DNA of 64,000 nucleotides from contig JACPGJ010000008.1 in the NCBI GenBank assembly GCA_016182555.1, positions 28,272 to 92,271 of the forward strand. Direction: 5' to 3'. Under the pieces are notes generated by a model. It had not been told where the DNA came from, ran no database searches, and worked only from the letters and a program-made list of their open reading frames with translations. This document shows positions 8,700 to 17,941 of the stretch, piece by piece (the stretch's first letter is position 1; every line of letters starts with the position of its first letter). The position numbers and the translations under genes were made by a program. This DNA is from Candidatus Kerfeldbacteria bacterium (lineage in GTDB: Bacteria > Patescibacteriota > Patescibacteriia > UBA9570 > XYC2-FULL-38-9).

Positions 8700-9317
8700 A
8701 TGCGAATATCCATTGACCGAATATCTTTGTGTACCACGATCAGTTTAAGCGCATTGTTTTTTGTATTTTCTCTCTATTTTGCATTCGGCCCACATGATTA
8801 TTTTAAAGTGGCTGCTGGTCTATTTTATACGTTTGCTGTTTTTGCTCCACGCTATTTGTATATGCACACTACCATGCATCAGTGGAGTTCATGGCGTACT
8901 ATCGCTTTTATTGAAATTGTGGGCGGACTATTTGTTTCTTTGAACGCTCTTGGCGCATTAAAGTTTTATTTAAGCGCAAGATATTTCGATATGGTACTGC
9001 ATCTCATTATTCCGCTATGCACGACGCTTCTCATCGCTATGCTGCTTGGGCAGTATTTGCAATTCATCGGTAAATATAGTTTACTATCTGTACAGTTTTT
9101 TTCAGCATCGTGTACCATTTTACTCATATTGTTGTGGGAATATTTTGAATGGCAATCCGATATGCTCTTTGGTACACACATGCATGGGCAAGCCGGTGAA
9201 CCCTATGATACGCTTTACGATATCATGGCTGGTGTTTCAGCTCAGCCTATCGCTCTCTTTATTATTTATCGTTATCTTCACGCATTACATGTATGGCTAC
9301 AACCTCCCAAGCGTTAA
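8700..9317 (+). CDS. Integral membrane protein (DUF2238/YjdF-like)
   Basis: About 6 hydrophobic segments; FDMVLH, LWEYFEW, DTLYDI motifs. Confidence 0.65.
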   Translation: MRISIDRISLCTTISLSALFFVFSLYFAFGPHDYFKVAAGLFYTFAVFAPRYLYMHTTMHQWSSWRTIAFIEIVGGLFVSLNALGALKFYLSARYFDMVLHLIIPLCTTLLIAMLLGQYLQFIGKYSLLSVQFFSASCTILLILLWEYFEWQSDMLFGTHMHGQAGEPYDTLYDIMAGVSAQPIALFIIYRYLHALHVWLQPPKR

Positions 9318-11125
9318 GCGCTCACGAAATTCGCAGACGCTTTCTCAATTTTTTTCAAGAACGCGGCCACGTCATTATTCCGTCCGCTTCGCTGTTGCCA
9401 GAAAATGACCCCACATTGCTATTTACCAATAGTGGCATGTATCCGCTTGTGCCATACCTGATGGGAGAGGCGCATCCTTCAGGCACGCGCCTGGCTGATT
9501 CACAAAAATGTGTGCGCACCATTGATATTGATGAAGTGGGGGATAACCGACACCTTACGTTTTTTGAAATGCTCGGGTTTTGGAGTTTAGGCGATTATTT
9601 CAAGCGCGATACGATTTTGTGGACGTATGAACTGATGACAAACACTGAATATGGTTTTGGGTTAGACCCGCAGCGTATGTATGTGACCTGTTTTGAAGGA
9701 GAAGGCAATATTCCCAAAGACGAAGAAGCTGCGGCAATTTGGAAAGAAGCTGGCATGCCCGAAAACCGCATTTATTTTTTAGGACGAAAAGATAATTTTT
9801 GGGATCTGCCAACAAAAACTGGACCGTGTGGCCCAGACACCGAAATTTTTTATGATTGGCGTGGAACGTTGGGTGAGCTGACCCATGAAGAATTCGTTGC
9901 GGCCAATGACGCCGGTGATGTGGTAGAAATTGGCAATGATGTCTTCATGCAATTCAATAAAGATGGAAAAGGGGGCTACGATAACTTACCGAAACAAAAT
10001 GTAGATGTGGGTTGGGGGTTGGAACGTGTTACGCAAATGGTACAAGGAGTGACGAACGTTTTTGATACCGATTTATTTACTCCTATTTTAAACAAGATTG
10101 AAGAGGTTTCTAGCAAAAAATATGCTGAAGCTGAGCGCGCGTTCCGTATTATTGCGGACCACATGCGTACCGCCACATTTATTATTGGGGATGACCGTGG
10201 GGTGGAACCAAGTAACGTGGATCAAGGATATATTGTGCGGCGTTTAATTCGCCGAGCAGTACGTGAAGGCAAGCGCATTGGCATTGACCGAGCGTTTATT
10301 GGTGATATTGCTGAAGTGGTTGTGCGCGATTATGGAGAAGCGTATCCGGAACTGCAGCGTAATCGCGAACGGGTGATGAAAGCGCTGGCAGCAGAGGAAA
10401 GTAAATTTCAATCTACGCTGCATCACGGCTTAAAAGAATTTGAAAAGATTTTGGAAAAAGATGCGCAGAGTATTTCCGGGCACGATGCCTTTTTGCTCTT
10501 TCAAAGTTACGGCTTTCCCCTGGAGATGACCGTGGAACTGGCAAAAGAGCGCGGCGCGAATGTGGATGAAATGAGTTTTGACGCCGAGTTTGAAAAACAC
10601 CAACAAACATCACGCGCTGGCGCTGCAAAAAAATTCAAAGGGGGCCTAGCTGATCATTCGCTCGAATCTCGCCGGTTGCATACGGCAACACACTTGCTGC
10701 ATAAAGTGCTTAAAACTATGTTTGGTGAGCAATTAGAACAAAAGGGGTCGAATATTACCCCGCAGCGATTGCGTTTCGATTTCAATTTTGACCGCGCACT
10801 CACAGAGGAAGAACGCAAACATATTGAAGATACCATTAACGACGTGATCAAACGCGACCTTCCGGTATTTTGGAAAGAGATGACCACGCAGGAAGCCAAA
10901 GCCGCGCAAGCAATTGGGTATTTTGAAGATGAATACGCGAAACTTGGTAACAAGGTCAAAGTCTATTTTGTTGGTGAAGGCGCCGATAATTTCTCTGCAG
11001 AAATTTGTGGCGGGCCACATGTAGAACACACTGGTGAACTCGGCAGCTTCAAAATTACCTCCGAAAAATCTTCTTCAGCGGGCATTCGTCGCATTAAAGC
11101 CGAAGTGTCCGCAAATAATTCCTAG
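9293..11125 (+). CDS. alaS: Alanine--tRNA ligase, short form lacking the C-Ala domain
   Basis: DPTLLFTNSGM, HLTFFEMLG, GPCGPDTE, GLERV, IADHMR; editing HTATHLL and EICGGPHV; ends shortly after GIRRIKA. Confidence 0.96.
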   Translation: MATTSQALSAHEIRRRFLNFFQERGHVIIPSASLLPENDPTLLFTNSGMYPLVPYLMGEAHPSGTRLADSQKCVRTIDIDEVGDNRHLTFFEMLGFWSLGDYFKRDTILWTYELMTNTEYGFGLDPQRMYVTCFEGEGNIPKDEEAAAIWKEAGMPENRIYFLGRKDNFWDLPTKTGPCGPDTEIFYDWRGTLGELTHEEFVAANDAGDVVEIGNDVFMQFNKDGKGGYDNLPKQNVDVGWGLERVTQMVQGVTNVFDTDLFTPILNKIEEVSSKKYAEAERAFRIIADHMRTATFIIGDDRGVEPSNVDQGYIVRRLIRRAVREGKRIGIDRAFIGDIAEVVVRDYGEAYPELQRNRERVMKALAAEESKFQSTLHHGLKEFEKILEKDAQSISGHDAFLLFQSYGFPLEMTVELAKERGANVDEMSFDAEFEKHQQTSRAGAAKKFKGGLADHSLESRRLHTATHLLHKVLKTMFGEQLEQKGSNITPQRLRFDFNFDRALTEEERKHIEDTINDVIKRDLPVFWKEMTTQEAKAAQAIGYFEDEYAKLGNKVKVYFVGEGADNFSAEICGGPHVEHTGELGSFKITSEKSSSAGIRRIKAEVSANNS

Positions 11126-11132
11126 CATTTTT

Positions 11133-13790
11133 ATGGCAGCCGAACGGCCAGAACAGAAGAAACGCTCCGTGCCCAGCGTTAAAAAATCGTATGGTGCTTC
11201 CATTCTTGCTCATGGGGCACTTCTGGGCGCGGCACTGGCCTTGCATGAACCACAGCCACCGCTTCCTTCTTCAGAAAGACCAAATGCGACCCAGAATATT
11301 CCTTCTCCAGGTCTAGAAGCAGGTGATGTTCTTCGTGACCAAGAGCGTATTGAGCGTCACAATAGAGAAGTGTTGGGAAAGCTGCGCCAAGAATATTGGG
11401 ACGCCGTTGATGAAACGATTGAAACATATATCCGGCCATCGTTGGAAAAAGAAAGATCAAGTGAGGAAATTCGTATGGCACCACCAGAATGGTATATTCA
11501 TCTTGATGTACTGCGTTTTGCTATTGAGTATCTTGAAAAACAACATACCCAATCCGTGGATATCCATGTACTAAAACAAAGAATGCATGCAGATGAAGAA
11601 CGCATGTTGAATATGTACCAGAAAAAATTGCAACACCTCTTCGAACGAACAGATGTAGAATGGACAGGTGATTTGATGCATGATTTACCGCAGATGCAAA
11701 CGCTATTATTTCTTGGTCCGGATCGTTTTTATACAAATAGTTTTCAAGATCAAACATATTTTTTACAAGGCAATGCTTCTTTTTCGGCGCAATTAGAATC
11801 AGGCATGGTTAATTGTCAGGTGTCGCGTATGACCGCGATATTGTTAGATGCGATTTATACACACTACCGTATCGATCGTGCCGTGCTTTCCCAACTGCGT
11901 ATCGTACATTGGGATGACCATATCGCCACAGCGATAGAATTTCCTGAGCGCGCAGATTCCGCATCAGTCGTTATGACTTTTAATGATATTGATCCCCAGG
12001 AGCCATTTACTTCAGGTACCCAACCATTTGCTGCTTTGGCTCCAGGAATTGTTGAACCATTGGCTGGACATGTGGTGACATATTTGAGTGATGATTGGGA
12101 TGGGTTATTGGCGGAACAGCAAGTACAAATTTCTGGTTCGGAAGATGGACAGGAATATCCACTGTTTAGCAACGCTGAATTGTCTAGAGGACCGATGCCG
12201 TTGCATACATTTGTCAATACTTTTTTACACGGTCACGCAGAAGCACAGGAAATTTCTTCTGCACAAATAGACGAAATGAAAAAGACTCTTTTGCGGGAGG
12301 GTTTAGAAAAGTTTTTTGAAACCACTCTCGATATTAATTCTCATTCTGAAGAATTATTTACAGTGCCGAAACTCTATCAATCTGCATCTTTTGTTAAATT
12401 TCTAAAACAGCCAGAGGTGATTAAACGAATGTATGATGAAGCTCGTTTGTCAGAAGTATTATTTCAATTGAAACTCGTTAAAGAAAATGAGTATAACGAC
12501 ATTGTGTCTATTATTGCAAAAGAATTGCAAAAACATCCAAAAAATATTCAACTGGTACTCTATCGTTTTCAGCCAAATGTTGCAGAAGATTTATTTGCTG
12601 AGTTGAGTACAGGGCCAAATTTTGCTAATGAATGGCAGAAAATCTATGATCGTTTATTCGCTCAGATGCCAACAGATACAATAGAACAAGCAAGATTGCA
12701 ACAAAATAGTGTAACTGCTGTTTTAATAAAAACATTCATGCTCAAACGGTTTACAGAATATTCGGGTGATTTGGCAAAAACAACAAACCAGTCATTTTAT
12801 GCTGATATAGAAAAACAGGCAGAACAACAGTATGCTCAAATGGAATCCTGGTGGACGTTGGCTGATTATACCGTTGCTGAATTACAAGCTCTTCCGAAAC
12901 AACGCATTCATGAGATTATACGCTTATTAAGCACATCAGGCAGCATACCGTCTGGAGGAGAAATCAAAGAGAAATTAGGAGTGGTAGTGGAACGCATACA
13001 AGATAACTCAGATGAGATGATAGATTTTTTTATCGCATTGATTGGTCGACATGGTATAAATATTTTACCGGAAATCAGCACATTTATTCAATCACAATTA
13101 CACCAACACCCAGAATTCACAAATAGATATAAAACGGCTATTTTTGATTTATTTCCGTTTTCAGCAGATCGTGCGACTAGGAATAGAAGTATACGGAATT
13201 TCGCTCAGGCGTATCTTCAATTACCGGTTTATACTCAACCTCCAGAGGGAGAGGCACCATTAGAACTAAAATTTGATTCGGTAGATTCTTTTTTGCAAAC
13301 CGCGAATATGGTTGCAGATTATCCAGAAGAATGGGTATTTTCGCATACGATTGAACACCTTCCAGAATATATTCCGTTTATGAACGATTTTTTGGGGCAC
13401 ATTAGATATGATAATGTAAAAAACCCTACCATTGACCAGCAAATTATTGATCTATACACCCGAACATTGAATCAACAAGAACGGTTGAAATTGTTGGATT
13501 TTCAAACAACAATCGATCGACACCAACCAATTATTCCGTTTTCAGCCTTATTCCGAGAAGATATTCCTTATGTAATTTCTGCTGATTGGAATGAACTGGC
13601 ACATGCTGGTGGGCAATCGAGTGGTACTACAGCAATGAAATTAAAATTGTTATATGATGGTGAATCTTTCAGCCATAATGATATGAAGCGACTATTTCCT
13701 CAAGATGAACCCAATAAAACCAATATTCTTTCTTTTTTTGCGTATCATCCTGAACAGCTGCCAGATATTTATTTAGGAATACAAGAGTAA
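11133..13790 (+). CDS. Large membrane-anchored hypothetical protein with a putative transglutaminase-like Cys-His-Asp core
   Basis: 885-aa ORF from the ATG just after the alaS stop; N-terminal hydrophobic SILAHGALLGAALAL; GMVNCQ...VHWDDHIA...FNDID. Confidence 0.7.
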   Translation: MAAERPEQKKRSVPSVKKSYGASILAHGALLGAALALHEPQPPLPSSERPNATQNIPSPGLEAGDVLRDQERIERHNREVLGKLRQEYWDAVDETIETYIRPSLEKERSSEEIRMAPPEWYIHLDVLRFAIEYLEKQHTQSVDIHVLKQRMHADEERMLNMYQKKLQHLFERTDVEWTGDLMHDLPQMQTLLFLGPDRFYTNSFQDQTYFLQGNASFSAQLESGMVNCQVSRMTAILLDAIYTHYRIDRAVLSQLRIVHWDDHIATAIEFPERADSASVVMTFNDIDPQEPFTSGTQPFAALAPGIVEPLAGHVVTYLSDDWDGLLAEQQVQISGSEDGQEYPLFSNAELSRGPMPLHTFVNTFLHGHAEAQEISSAQIDEMKKTLLREGLEKFFETTLDINSHSEELFTVPKLYQSASFVKFLKQPEVIKRMYDEARLSEVLFQLKLVKENEYNDIVSIIAKELQKHPKNIQLVLYRFQPNVAEDLFAELSTGPNFANEWQKIYDRLFAQMPTDTIEQARLQQNSVTAVLIKTFMLKRFTEYSGDLAKTTNQSFYADIEKQAEQQYAQMESWWTLADYTVAELQALPKQRIHEIIRLLSTSGSIPSGGEIKEKLGVVVERIQDNSDEMIDFFIALIGRHGINILPEISTFIQSQLHQHPEFTNRYKTAIFDLFPFSADRATRNRSIRNFAQAYLQLPVYTQPPEGEAPLELKFDSVDSFLQTANMVADYPEEWVFSHTIEHLPEYIPFMNDFLGHIRYDNVKNPTIDQQIIDLYTRTLNQQERLKLLDFQTTIDRHQPIIPFSALFREDIPYVISADWNELAHAGGQSSGTTAMKLKLLYDGESFSHNDMKRLFPQDEPNKTNILSFFAYHPEQLPDIYLGIQE

Positions 13791-13836
13791 GTACGGTGAA
13801 AAATATAATTTAGTTTTCCACACCCGGGGTTAGTCC

Positions 13837-13865
13837 TTGACACGAAAAAAGGCGACTGGTATAAT
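13837..13865 (+). promoter_or_regulatory. Consensus sigma70 promoter of the infA-rpsI operon
   Basis: TTGACA-17 nt-TATAAT with extended TG. Confidence 0.85.
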
Positions 13866-13883
13866 CCGTTAGCAATTGAAAAA

Positions 13884-13986
13884 TGGCGCAGACACACGAA
13901 CTTGGCAAAGAATCTGTTGATTTTCAAACAGTTCGTCTATCCTCTAAGCAAATTTTTTGCATAGAGACTATTATTTTTTTGCGCCA
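13884..13986 (+). promoter_or_regulatory. Putative structured 5' leader RNA upstream of infA
   Basis: Closing stem TGGCGCA/TGCGCCA, inner ACGAACT/AGTTCGT and GCAAA/TTTGC hairpins. Confidence 0.5.
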
Positions 13987-14006
13987 ATTTCTCTATTTTT
14001 TACCCC

Positions 14007-14255
14007 ATGTCTACCTCGTCCACAAAAGGCGAAATCAAATCAAATAAAAAGGGCTTTATTGAAGTCAAGGGTTCTGTAGAAGAACAACTGCCTTCAGCCA
14101 CCTTTCGTGTCAAACTGGAAAGTGGCCATGAAATTTTAGCTCATCTTTCTGGGCGCATGCGCATGTATAAAATTCGTGTGCTTCCTGGTGATGAAGTGAT
14201 GGTAGAAATGACCCCTTACGATCTGACCAAAGGTCGTATTATAACCCGTTTATAA
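14007..14255 (+). CDS. infA: Translation initiation factor IF-1
   Basis: [35 protein letters not shown]...PYDLTKGRI. Confidence 0.97.
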   Translation: MSTSSTKGEIKSNKKGFIEVKGSVEEQLPSATFRVKLESGHEILAHLSGRMRMYKIRVLPGDEVMVEMTPYDLTKGRIITRL

Positions 14256-14260
14256 CGTGT

Positions 14261-14374
14261 ATGAAAGTACGAGCATCCGTTCGCAAAATGTGCAATTCTT
14301 GCCGCACCACACGTCGCAAAGGCCGTGTGTGGGTGACATGTGTCAACCCAAAGCATAAACAACGACAAGGTTAA
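14261..14374 (+). CDS. rpmJ: 50S ribosomal protein L36, Zn-ribbon form (absent from the ORF track)
   Basis: Manual translation [37 protein letters not shown]. Confidence 0.96.
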   Translation: MKVRASVRKMCNSCRTTRRKGRVWVTCVNPKHKQRQG

Positions 14375-14386
14375 TTTTTATTTTAT

Positions 14387-14779
14387 ATGGCACGTATCGC
14401 TGGAGTCACATTACCAAAAGAAAAACGCATTGAGATTGCGCTCACCTATATTTATGGTATCGGTCCTACATTAAGTAAACGTATTTTGTCTCAAACTGGA
14501 ATCAACTCAAATACACGAGTGAAAGATTTAATTGAAGACGAAGTTCGCAAATTGCGCGATGCTATTGAAAAAGGGGGAATCAAGATTGAAGGAGAATTGA
14601 AACGTGATGTGATGTCTAATGTAAAACGGTTGAAAGAGATCAATGCCTATCGTGGTGTGCGCCATGCGCGACATTTGCCTGTCCGTGGTCAACGAACCCG
14701 AACGAACAATCGAACGGTTCGTGGAAACGTAAGAAAGACCGCTGGTTCTGGCCGTAAACAAACTGATCAAAAGACATAA
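14387..14779 (+). CDS. rpsM: 30S ribosomal protein S13
   Basis: [33 protein letters not shown]. Confidence 0.98.
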   Translation: MARIAGVTLPKEKRIEIALTYIYGIGPTLSKRILSQTGINSNTRVKDLIEDEVRKLRDAIEKGGIKIEGELKRDVMSNVKRLKEINAYRGVRHARHLPVRGQRTRTNNRTVRGNVRKTAGSGRKQTDQKT

Positions 14780-14782
14780 TTT

Positions 14783-15262
14783 ATGACAGAGAAAGAATTA
14801 CAAACAACACCAACAGCTGCTGTTGAGGCTCCACAAACCGATGCCGCTGTTTCTGTTGAAGCAAAAGATGATGGCGCCAAGAAAGCCCGAAAAAAGAAAA
14901 AATCTAAAAAGAAAAATTTTTCTCGTGGTAAGGTGTATATTCAATCTACCTATAATAATACGATTGTTTCGTTTACGGATCAACAAGGAAATGTTGTTTC
15001 ACAATCTTCTGCTGGCCGCTGTGGATTCAAAGGACCAAAAAAATCTACTCCTTATGCCGCTGGTGTGATTGTAAAAGATGCGGCAGAACGTGTGCGTGAA
15101 ACCGGCTTAAAAGATGTTGAAGTATTTATTAGCGGTATTGGCAGCGGTCGTGAAGGGGCGATTCGTGCCCTGAACGCTCAAGGATTTAACATGCTGACAA
15201 TTCGTGACATTACCCCTATTCCGCATAACGGATGTCGACCTAAAAAACCACGTAGAGTATAA
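14783..15262 (+). CDS. rpsK: 30S ribosomal protein S11 with N-terminal extension
   Basis: STYNNTIV, GFKGPKKSTPYAA, DITPIPHNGCRP. Confidence 0.97.
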   Translation: MTEKELQTTPTAAVEAPQTDAAVSVEAKDDGAKKARKKKKSKKKNFSRGKVYIQSTYNNTIVSFTDQQGNVVSQSSAGRCGFKGPKKSTPYAAGVIVKDAAERVRETGLKDVEVFISGIGSGREGAIRALNAQGFNMLTIRDITPIPHNGCRPKKPRRV

Positions 15263-15266
15263 ATAT

Positions 15267-15881
15267 ATGGCAAGAATGTTAGGACCAAAACATAAGCGGT
15301 GCCGTCGTTTGGGCGAACGGGTTTGTGGAAACGTGAAGTGCCCACTCACCAAGCGTAACTATGCTCCAGGAATGCACGGACCAAAAGGAAAACCACGGTT
15401 GACTGGCTATGGTATGCAGTTGCGTGAAAAACAGAAAGCGAAAGCGATTTATGGTGTTCTCGAACGTCAATTTCGTACCTATTATGAACGCGCAAAAGCA
15501 AAACGCGGCAAAACAGGTGAATTGATGCTCATCGGTTTAGAACGACGTTTAGATAATATTGCTTATCGCGCTGGGTTTGCCGGAACACGTCGCCAAGCTC
15601 GTCAGTTGGTTTCACATGCACAGTTTCAGGTGAATGGCAAAAGTGTCAATATCCCATCCTATCAAGTAAAAGCAGGTGATATAGTAACCGTAAAAACGGG
15701 AAAGGCGAAAAACGCTTATTGGACAGAAATAGCCAAAAATACGACTACCAATGGAGAAGTGCCGGCTTGGATGGTTGTAGATAAAAACAATTTGAAAGTT
15801 ACTATTACTCAGCTGCCATCGACAGAGATGATTCAATCCGATTTGCAAATGCATTTAATCATTGAGTTGTACTCTCTCTAA
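15267..15881 (+). CDS. rpsD: 30S ribosomal protein S4
   Basis: MARMLGPK, QLREKQK, LERRLDN, ARQLVSH, IIELYS. Confidence 0.97.
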   Translation: MARMLGPKHKRCRRLGERVCGNVKCPLTKRNYAPGMHGPKGKPRLTGYGMQLREKQKAKAIYGVLERQFRTYYERAKAKRGKTGELMLIGLERRLDNIAYRAGFAGTRRQARQLVSHAQFQVNGKSVNIPSYQVKAGDIVTVKTGKAKNAYWTEIAKNTTTNGEVPAWMVVDKNNLKVTITQLPSTEMIQSDLQMHLIIELYSL

Positions 15882-15907
15882 ATTTTTACTACTTTTACCA
15901 TATCTTT

Positions 15908-16702
15908 ATGGAAAACATCTCTCTTCCTTCAACTATTCAATCGACGCCTATTGCCGGTGAACTGAATAAAGTGCAAATCAGCGTGAGCCCATGCTATCCT
16001 GGTTATGGCACCACGCTTGGCAATGCGATGCGCCGTGTCTTACTTTCGTCTCTTCCTGGTGTTGCGGTGACCGCTATTAAAATTAAAGGCGTTGATCATG
16101 AATTTTCCACTATCGACCATGTTAAGGAAGATGTGGTGGAAATTATTTTGAATATGAAAGCGCTTCGTTTCCGTTTACACAGTGAAGAGCCAGTGGAATT
16201 AGTGTTGGAAGTGAAAGGGGAGAAGGTAGTGACAGCTGGTGATTTTGAATCTAATGCGCAAGTTGAAATCGTGAACCCAGATGCAATGATTGCTACGCTC
16301 ACAGATAAAGCTGCTGAATTCCACATGAAAGCGATTATTCAACCAGGACGTGGATATGTGCCAGTGGAATCTCGGGAACATGAAAATATCGAAGTGGGAT
16401 ATATTGCCATCGACTCTATTTATAGCCCAGTGCGTAATGTAAATTTTCGTACGGAGCATGTTCGCGTAGGGCAGATGACCAATTACGATAAATTGCTGCT
16501 TGATGTTTCTACAGATGGCACAATGAGCCCAGAAGAAGCATTTCGTTCTGCAGCCAACATTCTTGTTGAACAATTTCAGGCGCTTTCTGCTTCTACATTT
16601 GAACTGCCTTCGGAAGAAACAGCTATTGCAGAAAGCGAAACAGCAGATGAAGAAACAGATGGAGAGGGTACGGCAGAACCGACTGAAACGACCGAAGAAT
16701 AA
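15908..16702 (+). CDS. rpoA: RNA polymerase alpha subunit, N-terminal domain only, with acidic tail
   Basis: PGYGTTLGNAMRRVLLSSLPG, HEFSTI, GRGYVP, IDSIYSPV, TDGT; 264 aa with no alpha-CTD sequence. Confidence 0.96.
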   Translation: MENISLPSTIQSTPIAGELNKVQISVSPCYPGYGTTLGNAMRRVLLSSLPGVAVTAIKIKGVDHEFSTIDHVKEDVVEIILNMKALRFRLHSEEPVELVLEVKGEKVVTAGDFESNAQVEIVNPDAMIATLTDKAAEFHMKAIIQPGRGYVPVESREHENIEVGYIAIDSIYSPVRNVNFRTEHVRVGQMTNYDKLLLDVSTDGTMSPEEAFRSAANILVEQFQALSASTFELPSEETAIAESETADEETDGEGTAEPTETTEE

Positions 16703-16722
16703 ATTGAATTCATTGATTTTGT

Positions 16723-17100
16723 ATGCGTCATAAAAAGAAAACCGTTGTTCTTGACCGAAATAGCGCCGCGAGAAAAGCATTAATGCGCACGTTGGCGATT
16801 AGTTTGATTATGCGTGGTCGCGTGCAAACGACTCCAGCAAAAGCGCGCGCAGTTAAATCGATGGTAGAGAAACTGATCACGAAAGGGAAAGAAAAAAATC
16901 CTTCAATCATTCGTCAGTTAGAAAGTGTATTAGGAAATAAGCAGGCAGCAATGCGCATTGTGAATATTCTTGGCCCACAATATCAGAAACGTCCGGGCGG
17001 ATATATTACTTCTGCAAAAGTTGCTGCACGCAAAGGTGATGGTGCTGCTCAAATGATGTTGGAATTGATTTCAGACGCAGCGGCCAAGCCAAAGTTATAA
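16723..17100 (+). CDS. rplQ: 50S ribosomal protein L17
   Basis: MRHKK, TTPAKAR, RPGGY, RKGDGA. Confidence 0.96.
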   Translation: MRHKKKTVVLDRNSAARKALMRTLAISLIMRGRVQTTPAKARAVKSMVEKLITKGKEKNPSIIRQLESVLGNKQAAMRIVNILGPQYQKRPGGYITSAKVAARKGDGAAQMMLELISDAAAKPKL

Positions 17101-17111
17101 ATTTTATATCT

Positions 17112-17471
17112 ATGTCAAAGAATTTTCAACGCGATGTACAAACAATTGATGCTACTGGACAATCACTCGGTCGGCTAGCTGCAAATATAGCCAGTATGCT
17201 GATGGGCAAACATCTCCCCACGTTTGAGCGTCATATCGACCATGGTGCGCGGGTTATTGTAAAAAATGCGGCGCAGATCAAGCTCACTGGGAAAAAGGTA
17301 GAACAGAAAGTGTATTATCGCAATACGGGTTATCCTGGTGGTATTCGAACAACGCTGGCAAAAGATTTAATCAAAAATGATCCAGCAAAAATGTTACGCA
17401 TGGCCGTACGAAAAATGTTACCGAATAATACCTTGCGAACAAATATGCTGAAACGATTAATCATAGAATAA
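17112..17471 (+). CDS. rplM: 50S ribosomal protein L13, short form
   Basis: IDATGQSLGRLA, LMGKH, YYRNTGYPGG, AVRKMLP. Confidence 0.95.
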   Translation: MSKNFQRDVQTIDATGQSLGRLAANIASMLMGKHLPTFERHIDHGARVIVKNAAQIKLTGKKVEQKVYYRNTGYPGGIRTTLAKDLIKNDPAKMLRMAVRKMLPNNTLRTNMLKRLIIE

Positions 17472-17472
17472 C

Positions 17473-17904
17473 ATGACGCCAGATTCAACTTCAACAAAAA
17501 AGAAACGCCAGAGTTACCTCTATACTGTTGGGCGAAGAAAAACGGCAACAGCACGAGTTCGTTTTATGAAATCTACGCAGCATCCTGCTGGTACAGTGCT
17601 GGTGAATGAGAAAGTGCATACAGATTGGTGCGCCTCTGATTTATCGCCAATTGTTGTTTCGCCTATTGATTTAATTGCTGCTCCATTAGATGGATATTTT
17701 TCTATTAAAGTAACTGGAGGCGGTCGCCGTTCACAAGCTGAAGCTTGTCGCCATGGTATTACACGCATGCTGATTAAAATGAATGAAGAATGGAAGACGG
17801 CATTGAAATCAAAAGGTTATGTGACTCGTGACCCACGCGCAAAAGAACGTAAGAAGCCGGGCCTCAAACGTGCAAGACGTTCTCCACAATGGTCGAAACG
17901 TTAA
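17473..17904 (+). CDS. rpsI: 30S ribosomal protein S9
   Basis: GRRKTATARV, GGG..SQAEA.RHGI, TRDPRAKERKKPGL..ARRSPQWSKR. Confidence 0.97.
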   Translation: MTPDSTSTKKKRQSYLYTVGRRKTATARVRFMKSTQHPAGTVLVNEKVHTDWCASDLSPIVVSPIDLIAAPLDGYFSIKVTGGGRRSQAEACRHGITRMLIKMNEEWKTALKSKGYVTRDPRAKERKKPGLKRARRSPQWSKR

Positions 17905-17941
17905 TAGTCAGCCTGCCGTTACAGGCGTAAATCCATCGTAT

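Noticed and set aside
11034-11132. Long 5' extensions in the ORF track (also at 15204, 17828, 25078, 30046, 43228, 47890, 58136, 58947)
   Set aside because: They overlap upstream genes or the repeat element; downstream ATGs match family N-termini or promoter spacing better.
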